NCBI GenBank assembly: GCA_016748015.1
Contig: JAAOMT010000620.1
Span: forward strand, 457,391 to 521,390
DNA from: Geosiphon pyriformis uo1
Taxonomy: Eukaryota; Fungi; Glomeromycota
DNA: 64,000 bases
Direction: 5' to 3'
This document shows positions 24,601 through 36,700 of the stretch, piece after piece. Under the pieces are notes generated by a model, which worked only from the letters and a program-made list of their open reading frames with translations, made no database searches and was not told the origin of the DNA. The translations under genes and the position numbers were made by a program. Numbering within the stretch: position 1 is the stretch's first letter; every line of letters starts with the position of its first letter.

Positions 24601-27600
24601 GCAGATATAGAACTGATAAGAGTTTTTGGGAATTTCAATGACATCTTCTGTCAGGTTGTGGATGGAGATTTTGAAGTGTTTATGAGCTTTGGCCAGTAGG
24701 TATAGATTAGCAACATTGGCTAGGGAACAGATTTTGGGACTGGCTTCAAATAACAGGGCTTGATCTTGGATCTTTCAATTTACCTTGAGGATGTATTGTC
24801 AGTATGGGAGAATGGAGATGACAGTGTTAGTGTAGATAAATTCTACCTGGTTACTGTTTTCTTTCATAAAATTAACTGGTACATTTCCTCTTCCACTTGA
24901 TCCAAACCTGTTGATTTCTCAGGCAGTAAGGCCTAATTTTTTTCAGGTTGTTACTGAGGTCAATTGAAGTATTTTGACTAGAGATAGAAAGATAGCTTGG
25001 GCAAACTTTTCTTGTGATTCTATTTTGTAGGGTCTGTTCAAATTGTTCTGTAGCATTATGATAATGTTCCCCATGTAACCAGCATTAATGATTTCTCTTT
25101 TTACATTGATTCCTTTCTTGGCTAGATTAGATTGAAAGGCAACTTGTACTATTGTACTAACAAGAATTTCTAACGCTATCTTAAGATCTATTTTTACAAA
25201 GGAATGTGGGGCTATAATGATGGGTAATTGTCTGGGGTATTGTAGATCAAAACTGGCATTGGTGTCATGCACTCTTTCGAAGCAGATTCTTTTCTCATTG
25301 TCACTGTACCATTTTAGCTCTAGTTCTTTGGATAGGTCAGGATATGCGAGATACTGTTTTGTTTTAGTATTCTTAGTTAGATTTTGAAATAACATGTCCT
25401 CAGTAATCAATACCTTTTTTTCTTCAGGCTCAAGTAGTTTGGTGATTGGAATCAGTATTCTTGAAGGTGAATTGAACATGAAATCACATTTGTTGCAGTA
25501 CTGAAAGTGACAGGAGATTAAACAGTGATTGCACAGCTTGGTATTCAAATCGGCCAACTTTTGCTCTTGTTCTTCGCGAGTTGGGGCCAATTTCTAATAT
25601 TGGTTCTGAAATGCATCTGGGTTATCTGTGAAGAAATTATCTGTGGGGTAGTCAGGTCCATTATATTTGGGCATCCAAGGATTGTTTTTGATTTCTCATA
25701 TTTCTTCGGGCGTGGCACTTTTGGCTTTGGTGCTTGCCATTTTCCAGATTTTATGGTCATTGTATGGATAACCATCCAGCCTGTTGAGTGCTCATTTCCA
25801 AGCATCCTCAATGGAGGTTCTCTTTTGTACCCAATTGTTGATTAATATGGTGTATTAACAAGTCTTGTTACATGTTTTTTCTCTGCCAGGCACATTATTT
25901 CAGAGTCTTTCATTAGGCAAGATCTTGTCACATGTGAGGTATGGTATGTTGTCCTACTTGTCTTGTCATTTTGGTCGTCCAAATCTTTTTAGTACACAAG
26001 ATCTGCAGTAGTATTTGGTGATAGTGGGCCATTTTTTATTGTCTTCAATACATGCATTCATAGTGGATAGCTTCTTTCCACAATCAACACATATTAGTCT
26101 TGGAAGTTGGTAAAATAGATTTCTTTGGTCTGAATTTATGTATCTTATTGATAACAATTGGGGCTTTTTTTCAGCTCTGTCTTTTCCTTTTTCTTCTCAG
26201 GTTGGTATTGGAGGTAGTTCAGTTTGATAATCATCTGCCCATAAAACCTGATAGGTCTCAATAGTTGGTAGCAGTGGTGTGTTTTCAAATTCAATTAGGA
26301 GTTCCTTGATACATTGGGTTTTAAAGTGTCTGCATATAGCTGGAACTTGGGCATGCTGTCTATTGAATGTGAGTTGAAGTTCTTGGGTGTTCCAGTCAAG
26401 AGTAACATTGGCTTTTAACAACCAATTATTTCCTACTAGAGCTTGATATTGAGTAGCTTCTATGACAAGTATTTTGGTAGAGATCTGGATTCTATCAATC
26501 TTAAAGGGGAAGTTGTCAATTTCTTCTATCAGGGTTTTTGTGTTTTTATCCACCATAATAATTCAAGCAGTAGCAGCATAGTCTACTCGGTGACCTAGTT
26601 GGTCTATGAGCTGCTTCATGATTATGCTACCAGCTGATCCGCTATCCAGGATTAACTTAATGTTTATTTCTCCGACTCTGACATCAGTGTATAGGGCCTT
26701 TATTGGTTTATTCTGATTGATGGCTGCTCCACTAAAAAAGCTATGGGTGTTCAAATTATCAATGTCAAAAGAAAATATGGCAGCTAGGGTGGTGTTCTCA
26801 GTAATAGTGGCTGGTGGGATATTGTTTTTTGTTTGCTTAGAAGGTTGGGAGATTTGTTCTACATCCCTTCCTTCCACAGGTGTAGATTTATTAAAACTCT
26901 GGTCTTCTGTGAGACTAAGATAGAAAGCTTAATTCAGGTATCTGGTTGGTACTGGTCAAGATTGGACAGGACCGTGAGAGATTGGTCAAGACAGTCTACT
27001 GCTGGTTTGTGCCTAATTGTTGTTGGGATTTCTCCATCTCTGATTATAGTCTATAGCTTGAAGTCTGGGCTGACTGTAAGGGGGAGTTTGATAGTGGGGG
27101 ATTGCTTATGTCATTGGTGGTAGTTGATAATAATTCTGGGGCAGTGGTTGAGTATACAGAACTTGTTGTGCATATTGGGGCAGTTGATTTTAAGGTATGG
27201 AATATTGGAATATTATGCTTTACTGATATCTTGGTTGCTGGTATTGGTTTTCTTGATTTTGGTTCATGATCTTCTTTTTGTAGTTCTGCACAATGTGTTC
27301 AGGTTTCTGGCAGTAGTAACAGTTGTGGGGATCAGTTCTCCAGGGTTGTTGCTATTGCTGACAGTTTTGTTGCTACAGGTATCTGTTGTTGTTATTTTCT
27401 CTCCATTGTGATAGTTGATAGGTTTCTGTAGTTCCAGCTAAGAATCCCTCAATTTTCTGAGTTAGTTTTTTACTCAATTGAGTTATCTTTGTGTTAATGT
27501 TAGAGGTTCTATTAATGGCTAAATTGATGGCTTGGGTATGGTTTGCTTCTTGTTCTATGAACTCAAAATCGTGAGCGAAAGTGATGGTGTCTTGTAAATT

Positions 27601-28902
27601 GGTTGGATAGCAGGGTCTTATGGATCTTAGAATACTATTTCACAATCCTTTAATAAATTGATTAAGAACTTGCACCGTGGTGTAATAGTTCTTTTTGATA
27701 GCTAATATTTGACGAAAAATTTGATTAAATCATCTGAAATAAGTAGTTACTGCTTCGTGATCTTTTTGTTTAATTATGCTGAATTGATTCTGCAATCAGA
27801 TTAACGTATTGAAATCACAAAAGTATCATAGAAAGGCGAGCTTAAAGGTATTAAAGTTGGTTGGTTTTTCTACAAGGTTTTAATACCACAAGTCTGCAGT
27901 TCTGGTTAGAAAGAATGACAGTGCTTGAATAACTCTGTCATTATCCCAGTTGTTAGTGGTAATTGCTTTTTCAGCTTCCACAATTCACAAATACACGTTA
28001 TCTTCTTTGCCAGAAAATTTCTCCAATTTAGTGATATCTCAGTAAGCCATGATCTAGTTAATGGATGAGGTGTCACTGATTATATTTAAAAGAATTGGTG
28101 TCTGCATATTTGAGTGTTCTCTGAGTGCTAATGCTGGTTGTTTTTCTTTGTCGCTTAAACCAATAGGTTGTAAGATAGCTGTTTTTTCCGTCAGAAGAAA
28201 TGCTGATTCTACTAAATTTTGTGCTGGTGGCTGTTTCCAAGTTGATGTGTTTTCTTCTGTTTGACTGGCTGCTGGGGTAAGATTTCCAAACAGCGATTCG
28301 TATTTTTCTAGTGATTTGGTTTAACTGTGTTAATTCTAAGGGTGTGAATTTCCAGGAGTTTGTGGTGTTTCTGACTGGGTTTCCAGGGGTGAGTTGAATA
28401 CAATTCTACTTTGGAATGTTTGATGGTATGATAGAGTTATTGGGAAGAGGACTCTTGGTTTCTTATTGACCATGGATTTGTCTTGGGCAGTTGTGGAATT
28501 ATTGGATCCGTACTTGTATTTCTCCAGATCGGATTCTACTGGTTGTTGTACTTAAGAGAATTGTTTTGCCACATAGTGTTTAATGTCCATATCAACTATG
28601 CATAAAATTTCAGTGATTACTCAAATAGTGGTAGTTGTTGAGTACTTTAGTAAGCTTTGATGGATTTGTTTTTCAAGTTTTCCTGTGTTCATTGTGTGGC
28701 CTAACAAGCAGTTGATTTTTGTGTTGATATAGTTGCAAAAGTCACTTTCTGCAATAGTGGTTTCTGCTGGTATTCCTAGATCTTTTTGAAAGTATTGAAA
28801 TAGTGCTCTTTTATACAAAAAGTGGTCTTTTCCTATTGTTCCAATGGTCGCCACTTTTGTGTATCTCTGGGGTGCTCTGTCTCTGTGGATTTATAACCTC
28901 AT
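21689..28902 (-). pseudogene. gag-pol polyprotein, multiply disrupted
   Basis: Capsid-like region ~27550-28050; knuckle CYYCQKPEHIVQNY ~27280-27325; protease ILDSGSAGS ~26640; RT MSFGLCN..VYLNN (YLDD mutated) 23631-24330; RNase H TDVS..PVAY..TDHKGL 23148-23483; integrase HHCC region and IDLVGP..LLSD..QTNGLVE 22349-22846; KWDGPF motif ~21900; stop TAG at 21689-21691. Confidence 0.92.
24880..25300 (-). pseudogene. dUTPase domain in pol, between protease and RT
   Basis: All five trimeric-dUTPase motifs are present in degenerate form: NASFDL, FQSNLAKKGI, EIINAGYMGNI, EKFAQAIF, and *EINRFGSSG (RGxxGFGSSG). Confidence 0.9.
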
Positions 28903-28913
28903 AGGAAGCACCA
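28896..28913 (-). other. Primer-binding site TGGTGCTTCCTATGAGGT
   Basis: Lies 2 nt inside the 5' LTR. The complement reads ..CCTCAT-AGGAAGC-A-CCA, i.e. tRNA T-stem, acceptor stem, discriminator and CCA. Resembles elongator tRNA-Met or tRNA-Thr; identity not established. Confidence 0.85.
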
Positions 28914-28915
28914 AA

Positions 28916-29937
28916 TGTTACAGGTAAACTTGGTGGGTATGGGAAATAGTAACGTTTAGTGCTCTCAATTATTGATAATACATCTTCTGTGTAATTCTGT
29001 TGGCTTAGTCTTGATTATCAGTTTCTGAAAGTCTATTCCTGGATGTGATTTTACCTATTGAGTTCTTTGGTTATAAGGCACAAAGTTTGTCTTTTGTCGA
29101 TTGCAACATTTTCCGTAAATGTGAGCTTTTTTCTTTGAGCTAATAAGCACAGTCATTAGGATCTGGCGTTGTCTTTTTGCTTTTTTGGTAAGCTAACAAG
29201 ATAATGTTAATATTCAAAACTTAGGAAAAGTTTCCCTTTTTTACCAGGCTATCATGAAGTTTATTCTCAGATAGTCAATTTTACTATGTTGTTGCTCCAC
29301 AAAAGATAAGAAAAAAAAAAGAAAAAAAAAAGAAAAAAAAGATAAATTAGTATTGTCAATCGCCATAATCAAGAGCAATTGGTCCAAATCGTTAATTGTT
29401 TGAGACGGTTATGCTAAGAGCATCTGTCCTAAAATAAAGATATGAAACAAGAGTTAATTCATGTAAATTCCACAAAGTTTGAGAACATGAATTCATGATT
29501 CTGATTTCTTTAATAATTGGTTTATTTTAGAAGATAAAATAGGGAAAATAATAAATGATGAATAGGTAAGGAAATTTGATTCTTGTCTAGAGATTTGTAT
29601 CTATCTGTCCCTTTTTCTATCTTCTACTACTACTTGTTTTTATACATTCTTTTGGTTTTACAGAATTGCTTTCAATTGTCTCGCTATCGCTAGCTATTGC
29701 TTTGTTATTTCTGTTATTACTTTGTTTTTCTATGTTATTGCTAGTTATTCTATGTTATAACACATTATCTGATATTATTACATGTTATTCTGTATTATCC
29801 TGCATTATAACATGTTATTCTATGTTATAATGCATTATCTAATATTATTGTGCATTATTCTGTATTATGTCACATTTTGGTCATATTTTGGTGATGTTTC
29901 TTCATAACTTTAAATCAGTTTTTCTACTTGGGTAACA
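28916..29937 (-). repeat. 5' LTR
   Basis: TGTTA...TAACA; adjacent to the PBS; direct repeat of 19832-20859. Confidence 0.95.
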
Positions 29938-30538
29938 ATGCTAAAAAAAGTGTTTCTATTTTTTATTCTGTTGCTTTTGGTGATAAATCATAAATGCAAG
30001 TGGTTTTGTTTACTGTTTTTTTTAATAATACTTGTTTTGGTTTTGGTTTTTTTTTTTTTAATATTTTACATATTAAAAAAAATATCTTGGTTGGCCAAGA
30101 CAATTTATTCATTATAGTTTATTTAACTTCTTTAGAACATTTCTTAGATTTTTTGCTAATTAAGTATTAAAAATTGTGTAAAAATTAAGTATTGTAAATC
30201 TGGTGTTCTTGGCATCTGTTTTTTAATCTTTTTTTTAGCTGTTTCTGTATTATTAGATTTAAATTTGGTTTGAATATAATTTTGAAAAAACTTACAAATG
30301 TTATCTGTTTTTTTCTTTTAGTTATAGAGAATAAGACTTTAGGTTTAGGTCTAAGTAATTAAAAAATTTTAATTACTAAAGTAGATAGCTTAAAATTAAA
30401 AATAATAGTTCTTAAGAGTTTAATTAATTCAGTTTTGACAAAATTGAATTAGTTATGCTTTGACTTAAAATTTTTAATGCTTTTTTTATCTCAATAACTG
30501 ATTTAGTATAAAAGTTTGCTATATGCAATGTTTAAAGT

Positions 30539-31442
30539 TAGAGTTTCAATATTCAGTTTGGTTTGGTTCAAATTCAATTAAATTATCAAACTAAACTAAA
30601 CTTGAACAGAAAATTTGGCTAAATTTTGAATTCAAACTTGAACCAAACTTAAAATTACTAAACTTGAACTGAATCCAAACACATATAACAAGTCTGGTTC
30701 AAGTTTGGTTTAAAGTTTATGAACATGTTTAGGTTCAACTATTAAAAATATTATATAATACTATATTATCATTTAATTTTCTTTTCAATAGTTCTTGTAT
30801 TTATAATTAAAAACATTGGACATTTTGTCTTTTTTTATGATATTTTTCTGTTGTAATATATATTGTTTAGTAAGAAGTCTTTAAATAGTGCTATAAGAGT
30901 TTAATAGTGTTTATAATTCTACAAAAAAATAGTTTATGTACATATTTTAAAACTATACATTTAGCTGTTTTTTTTTTATCTACTCAAATTTATTAAAATA
31001 GTTTTATACTTTATTTTAAAAGCTATATTTACCAAATATATTAATATTTAGACTATTTGAATTATTAAATTCTATTATTTTGGATTTTGAATTTTTAATA
31101 ATATTAGATAATACTAACAATAAATTTATTTTGGTAAGTTAGAAAGTAAAATTATTATATATGCATAGTTTTATAAATCTTTTTAACTAATCATAGTAAT
31201 TAAACAAAATAATAATTAATGAATAAGTAATACAAATTATATATTTTTTTAATTTCATTAAACTTAAACAAGTTCATAAACTTTAAACCAGACTTGAACT
31301 AAATTTACATTTGTCAAAAAAGTTTAATGCTAAACTCAAACCAAACTTTGAAAAATTGGTTTAGTTTAAGTTTGATTTATAATTCAAACTAAATTTGAAC
31401 AACACTTAAAGTTTGGTTTAGTTTAGTTTGATTGAAACCCTA
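30539..31442. mobile_element. hAT-type MITE (904 bp)
   Basis: TIRs TAGAGTTTCAAT and ATTGAAACCCTA (11/12 match). 8-bp TSD TTTAAAGT/TTCAAAAT, differing only by transitions. Dense subterminal AAACTT/TTGAAC repeats in both orientations. It interrupts the LINE endonuclease frame just after CNV. Confidence 0.85.
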
Positions 31443-32233
31443 TTCAAAATATTAATGTTTTTATAAAACAGAAAGATATTATTTATTAATATACAAATTT
31501 GGGTAATATAGTCTTTATTGTTATAAAAACAAAATTAAGATCTAATATTAAGCTATAAATTGTAAATAAGTTTAATAAAGTGTAGATTTTTATGTTTGGT
31601 TTGGATAAAAGTTTTTTTAATACTAAAGTGGCTATTATTATAAACAATTTTCTGGTTTGATATGTTTCTAAAGTAAAAAAAGTTTCTAATTATGTTATTT
31701 TAATGTAACTTTTTTTTAAAAGCAAACTTTCAATTATGGTTTTGGGTTTGTATATTGGTGCTTTTACTAAAACTAAATTTAATTAGACTTCGGAAATCAA
31801 CTTTTTTATTATTAAAGTAGTTAACTTTAGCATTTTTGTAGTTATAAATAGAGATTTTAACAAAAATGGATTTAAGAAAAGTGCAATTTTTAAGTTTTGT
31901 TTGGATTTAAATTTGGTCAATTCATTTAATAAGCATCTATTGATTAAAACTTCTATTTAAAACAACTCAAAAAGTTTTAAAAAAGTCATAAATTATATTT
32001 TTGTAAGTAAAAATTTGCTTTTTATAGTTGCTAATTATGAAGTTGAATCTATATCCGACTTTTTTAATACTAATTACAAGATAGTTTTAGTTTTGGTTGG
32101 TTTGAATGATTTATTAGATGCCCATTTAAATAGTATATACAAACAAGTTAAAAAAAATTGGTGGAAATTTAAAATCAAAAATGCAAATAGTACCAAGTAG
32201 ATATAATTTAAAAAATGCTTTTTTATTAAGTAT

Positions 32234-33725
32234 TATTACTTATAAAAATTAGGATTATAATAATAAATAAAATGGCCAATTAAAATAGCCATAATAAAAA
32301 AAAAATTTCAGAATTCCAGAATTTCAGAATTTTTTTCAAAGAAATTGAAAGATTTTAAGAAATTTTATATAACATAAATTATGTATATATAGCAAGAATA
32401 TTAAAAGCAGAAAAAGTAATTCCAGAAAAATTCAATAAAATAGATAAAATTCAATAGAGTTCAAAATAACAATATTTTTTTCTTTAAAAAAAAGTTTTTT
32501 ATAACTTGAAATAAAATTATTCTCATATCAATAAAATTATTTATTATTATTCAATCTATATTATTATTACTTGATTAAAAAAATATTAATCCATTCCACT
32601 CTATCAACACTTTATGTTAATAAAATCCAATACTTAACTACACTAAATCAATAACTTTTAATTATGATTATTAATAAAATACTAATTTTTTCTTTTTTTT
32701 TCTTTTTTTTTTGTTTTATTTCTTTATTATTTACTAATTAATTAAAAAAATTAAGCACTAAGTATTTGATGTCAAAAATAGCCTGGTAAAAGATCTGAAA
32801 ACAAGGATAGAAATTTAAAGATAGCTTACCAGAAAGATACAACTGCCAAAATAAACTGGCCACCATATTAAAAAAAGAAATTTACAAAAGAAACCATTAA
32901 TTAAATTTCTGTTTATTATATAAAAGACTTAACCAAAATCTTCAAACTCTAAAATCTTTAGAAATTACCAATATTCTTAGCTATTAAACACCAAATTATG
33001 AGTTTGTTATTTGTTTTAACACTCTAAATAATCATTTGTAATATTGTATAATAAAAATTATATATATATAATAAGAGTATTAAAAGCAAAAAAGACAGAT
33101 AAGTTTAGAATAACAATATTTCTTTCTTCAAAAAATAGTTTTCTATAACTTGAAATGAAATTATACTGATATCAATAAACTTATTTATTATTATTTAATC
33201 TATATTATTATTACTTAATTAAAAAATATTAATCAATTTTCTACTATTAATACTTTATATTAATAAAAACCAATACTTAATCACACTAGACTAATAGTTT
33301 TTAATTATGGCTATTGATAAAATACCAATTTATTTATTTTATTATTTTATTTTATTTTATTTTTATTGTTTTTTTATTTTTTTTATTTTATTTTTTTTAT
33401 TTTCTTTGTTGTTTTCTAATTGATTAAAAAAATTAAGTACTAAGTAATTGACATTAAGAATAACCTGATAAAAACTTAAGAACAAAAGTAGAAATTTAAA
33501 AATAGCTTACTAGAAAAACATAACTGTTAGAATAAACTGGCCACTATATTAAAAAAAGAAATTCACAAAAGAAAACCATTAATTGAATCTTTATTTATTA
33601 TACAAAAGACTCAACAAAAATTTTCAGACTTTAAAATCTTTAAAAGTTATTAATATTAATAGCTATTAAGTTCCAAATTACAGATTTGTTATTTGTTCTA
33701 ACACCTTAAATAATCATTTGTAACA
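32234..33725 (+). repeat. LTR relic (~32234-33043) followed by a tandem 5'-truncated copy (33044-33725)
   Basis: Two ~690-bp colinear units, both ending AATCATTTGTAA(T/C)A; homologous to 495-1303. Confidence 0.75.
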
Positions 33726-33729
33726 GTAA

Positions 33730-36700
33730 ATATATTAGCATATTTAATAATTAACTATTTTAATTGTTTTTGTTGTTGGGGTTTCAAAAGATTTATGTTG
33801 ATTCAAAAAAGTTTTTCTTTAATAAAATAGTAGTTTTTAGTAATAGACAAAATATTTAAGTTTAGAAAAAGAATGTGTTTCACAATTTCAATAAAATTAG
33901 AGACAATTTAAAAAGTTTTATTCTGGAAGATATTATTATGTATAATTCTAATTTCTAATCTATTTAAATAAAATGATGAGTGTTTATAAAAATTATAAAA
34001 TATAACTCAGAATTTTTTTATTTTTTTTGGCATATAATATTTGAAATTAAGATTTTGTTTTTTAAAAAAATCTGTTTATTTAATTCAAAAATTTGTTAAG
34101 TGGTGGTTAATTTTGAATAAGTGTAAATTTGGTATTTTTTTTTAAAAGATAAAATAATAATTAGTTAAAAAAGTTGAAAATTTGGTAAGATTTATTTTGT
34201 GTATTGAGAACTATGTTTATTGAATTTTTAAACCATTTAATTGAACCAAAATTTTGAGTTCTTCTATTGGTTTTGCCTAATTGTTCTCTTTGATTGACTG
34301 GTTGTAAATTCAAAATGTTAATTAGAAATAAGTAAATTGCCTAGACAATTTTTTCAGCATGTTCAATCCTAAATGGTTTTTTATTTTCATTTTGTAGCAT
34401 GATTATAATGTTTCTAGTGTATTCTGTATCTATAACTCCTTTTTTAGTATTGATTTCTTTATTGACCAAAGATAATTAAGAAACAATTTAGATCATTGTT
34501 TCTGGTGGTATTTTAAGAGCAATTTTAAAGTTGATCTTTGTTAAGAACTTGAATTGAAAAATCAAGATATTTTTTTCTGAATATTATAAGTCATATCTTG
34601 TATCAATTTTATAAGCTTTTTTTGGCTTGATTTTTTGACTATTATTGTTAAAATACTTGAGTTGCATGGCAGGCTAATTTTCAGTAAAATAGATTAAAAT
34701 TATTGCAATTTTTTTTTCTGGCTTAAGTTTTCTAAATTTGATTTTGTATTTATTATTTTTACTAACCAAAGAGCTAAAAACATAGTATTTCAGACACTAT
34801 TGGTTGTCATTAAGCATAGAATATTTTTTGTACAATTGAATATTTATTTGCTCTAATTGGTGAATTTAAGCTTTTTTGGTCAAGTAAGTATAACCTGTAA
34901 TTTGATAGTATACTTCTACTTTATTTTTATAGTTGTATCTGACAATTTCAAAAATGTATTCAATATATTCAGCTTTTTTCATTTGACAAACATCTTTTTG
35001 AATTTCTTTATTGATTAGAATTATGGCCAATTTATAGATTATTTTTATATTATGTAAATAATAATAAAGTTTGTTTAGAACATTGTTATATGCTGCATTA
35101 AAAAAGATTTTTTTATGAACTTTTTCTGTAATTAATAGGACATATTAGCAGGTCTAATCACAAACTTTTTCTTTTATCACAATATTAATTTAGTTGTATT
35201 CTTTTGATAATAGTTTTCTATATATGAAACAAGAAGTATTGTTTTATTTTTTACTTTATTTGAAGTATCCAAATTGTTCTTGGTAACAGATCTTACAGTT
35301 ATAATAAGTACATATCTCATATTTTTCTTTTGGTAATATACAAACTTCCATTAATGAAAGCTTTTTGTTGCAATCTTTATATTTAAGTAGAATATAAGAT
35401 AGTTGTTTTTATAATTCTGATTTGAAATACTGAATTTTGTTCTAACTACTAGTTTTTTTGAAAAATTTTTATTCTGTTTTTTCAGTTTAATTGGGTGTTG
35501 ATTCAAAAGTCATATAAGTTTTGGTAATTACCATTTTTTTTTCTCTTCAAATTCGAATACAAGGACTTTTTCTAACTATTTATTAAAAATATTACAAATA
35601 GTAAGTACTTTATATTGTCTTTGGTATAAAATTTTGAGTTTTTGGGTTTCTTAATCTAAGTTTGCATTGGCTTTAAGAAACCAATCATTTTTAAAAAAAG
35701 CTTGGTACTAAGATGTATCTATGACAAAAACTTTAATTAGAATAATAATTCTATTGATTATAAATAAAAAATTGTTAATTTTTTTAACTGAAGTTTTTTT
35801 TATACTATTAACTATAACAATAACTGTTTGGACAGATCTATTTATATTTTATTTAAGCTGTTGTATTAACTAATAAGTAATAATGTTTTTGGTAGATTTA
35901 TTGTTTAAAATTAATTAAATTGGTTTTTTTTTAATTTTAACTTCAATATATATTGCTGTAATTGCTTTTTGTTCTATAATTGCTATATTACTAAGTAAAA
36001 ATAGTGATTCATTAGCTTTGAATTCGAATGGAAAAATATTGGAAAGATTGGCATTTTGGATAATTTAAACTGGTAGAATAGTATTATTGAAAGAGTTTTG
36101 TTTTAAGACTGTAGTTTTATCTTTAAAAAGTACAGTTTGCTAAAAATCCAATTTTTTTAATATTATGAAATAGCTAGATGTGTATAATAATAGTTGGGTT
36201 TTTGTTGAACTGGATTTTGGAAAACTAATTGGTTATTAGAATTAAATCTATTATTGTTTATTGTAAATTGGTTTTGAAATATAAATTGGTTTTGCTAAAC
36301 CAATCTTCAGACAGATACTTAATATTGTTGAACTGATAAATATTGTTGTTGAATAAATTGAAAAGCAGATAAATAATAATTGTTTTAATATTGAGATTTT
36401 GGTGGATAATAAATTGGTAGTAAAAATTAGTAGTAGAATTGCTAAAGTTGGGAATAACATTAATTATTCTTTAATTGTTAATCTCTTTGTATCTTTTGGC
36501 AATCTTGTTTTCAGTGTTCTAGAATTTTACAATAGTGATAGCTTTGAAATTGGTTGTTTGATAATAATAAGTAGTTATTTTAATTGTATCTTTGGAGTGG
36601 CTAATATCTTTATTGTTACTGTTATTGTTAATTGATAAAATAAGTTTCAAATTTTTTTATAAGTTGATTAATTTTTTTTTTAGCTGCTAAGCTGGTTTTG

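Larger units (their letters stand above)
19832..29937 (-). mobile_element. Structurally complete, inactivated Ty3/Gypsy LTR retrotransposon (gag-PR-Cys-rich-dUTPase-RT-RH-IN plus extra ORF)
   Basis: Two ~1.02-kb direct repeats with TGTTA...TAACA ends, TSD ATGC (19828-19831 and 29938-29941), PBS, PPT, and RT-RH-IN domain order. Confidence 0.97.
18500..32230 (+). mobile_element. Decayed LINE (ORF1 and endonuclease part of ORF2), split by a Gypsy element and a MITE
   Basis: ORF fragments 18484-19218 resemble ORF1 at 63.9 kb (IRKIFALINGFRRTTTFSKFEKIIKSTF vs VRKLFSGINGFGGASTPSKFSGIIRATF). The frame reads QLAKLYA|KKSVSI across the Gypsy insertion. Endonuclease remnants (KFAICNV; FFNTNYKIV) at 30.5 kb and 31.45-32.2 kb. 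Ends are approximate. Confidence 0.8.
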
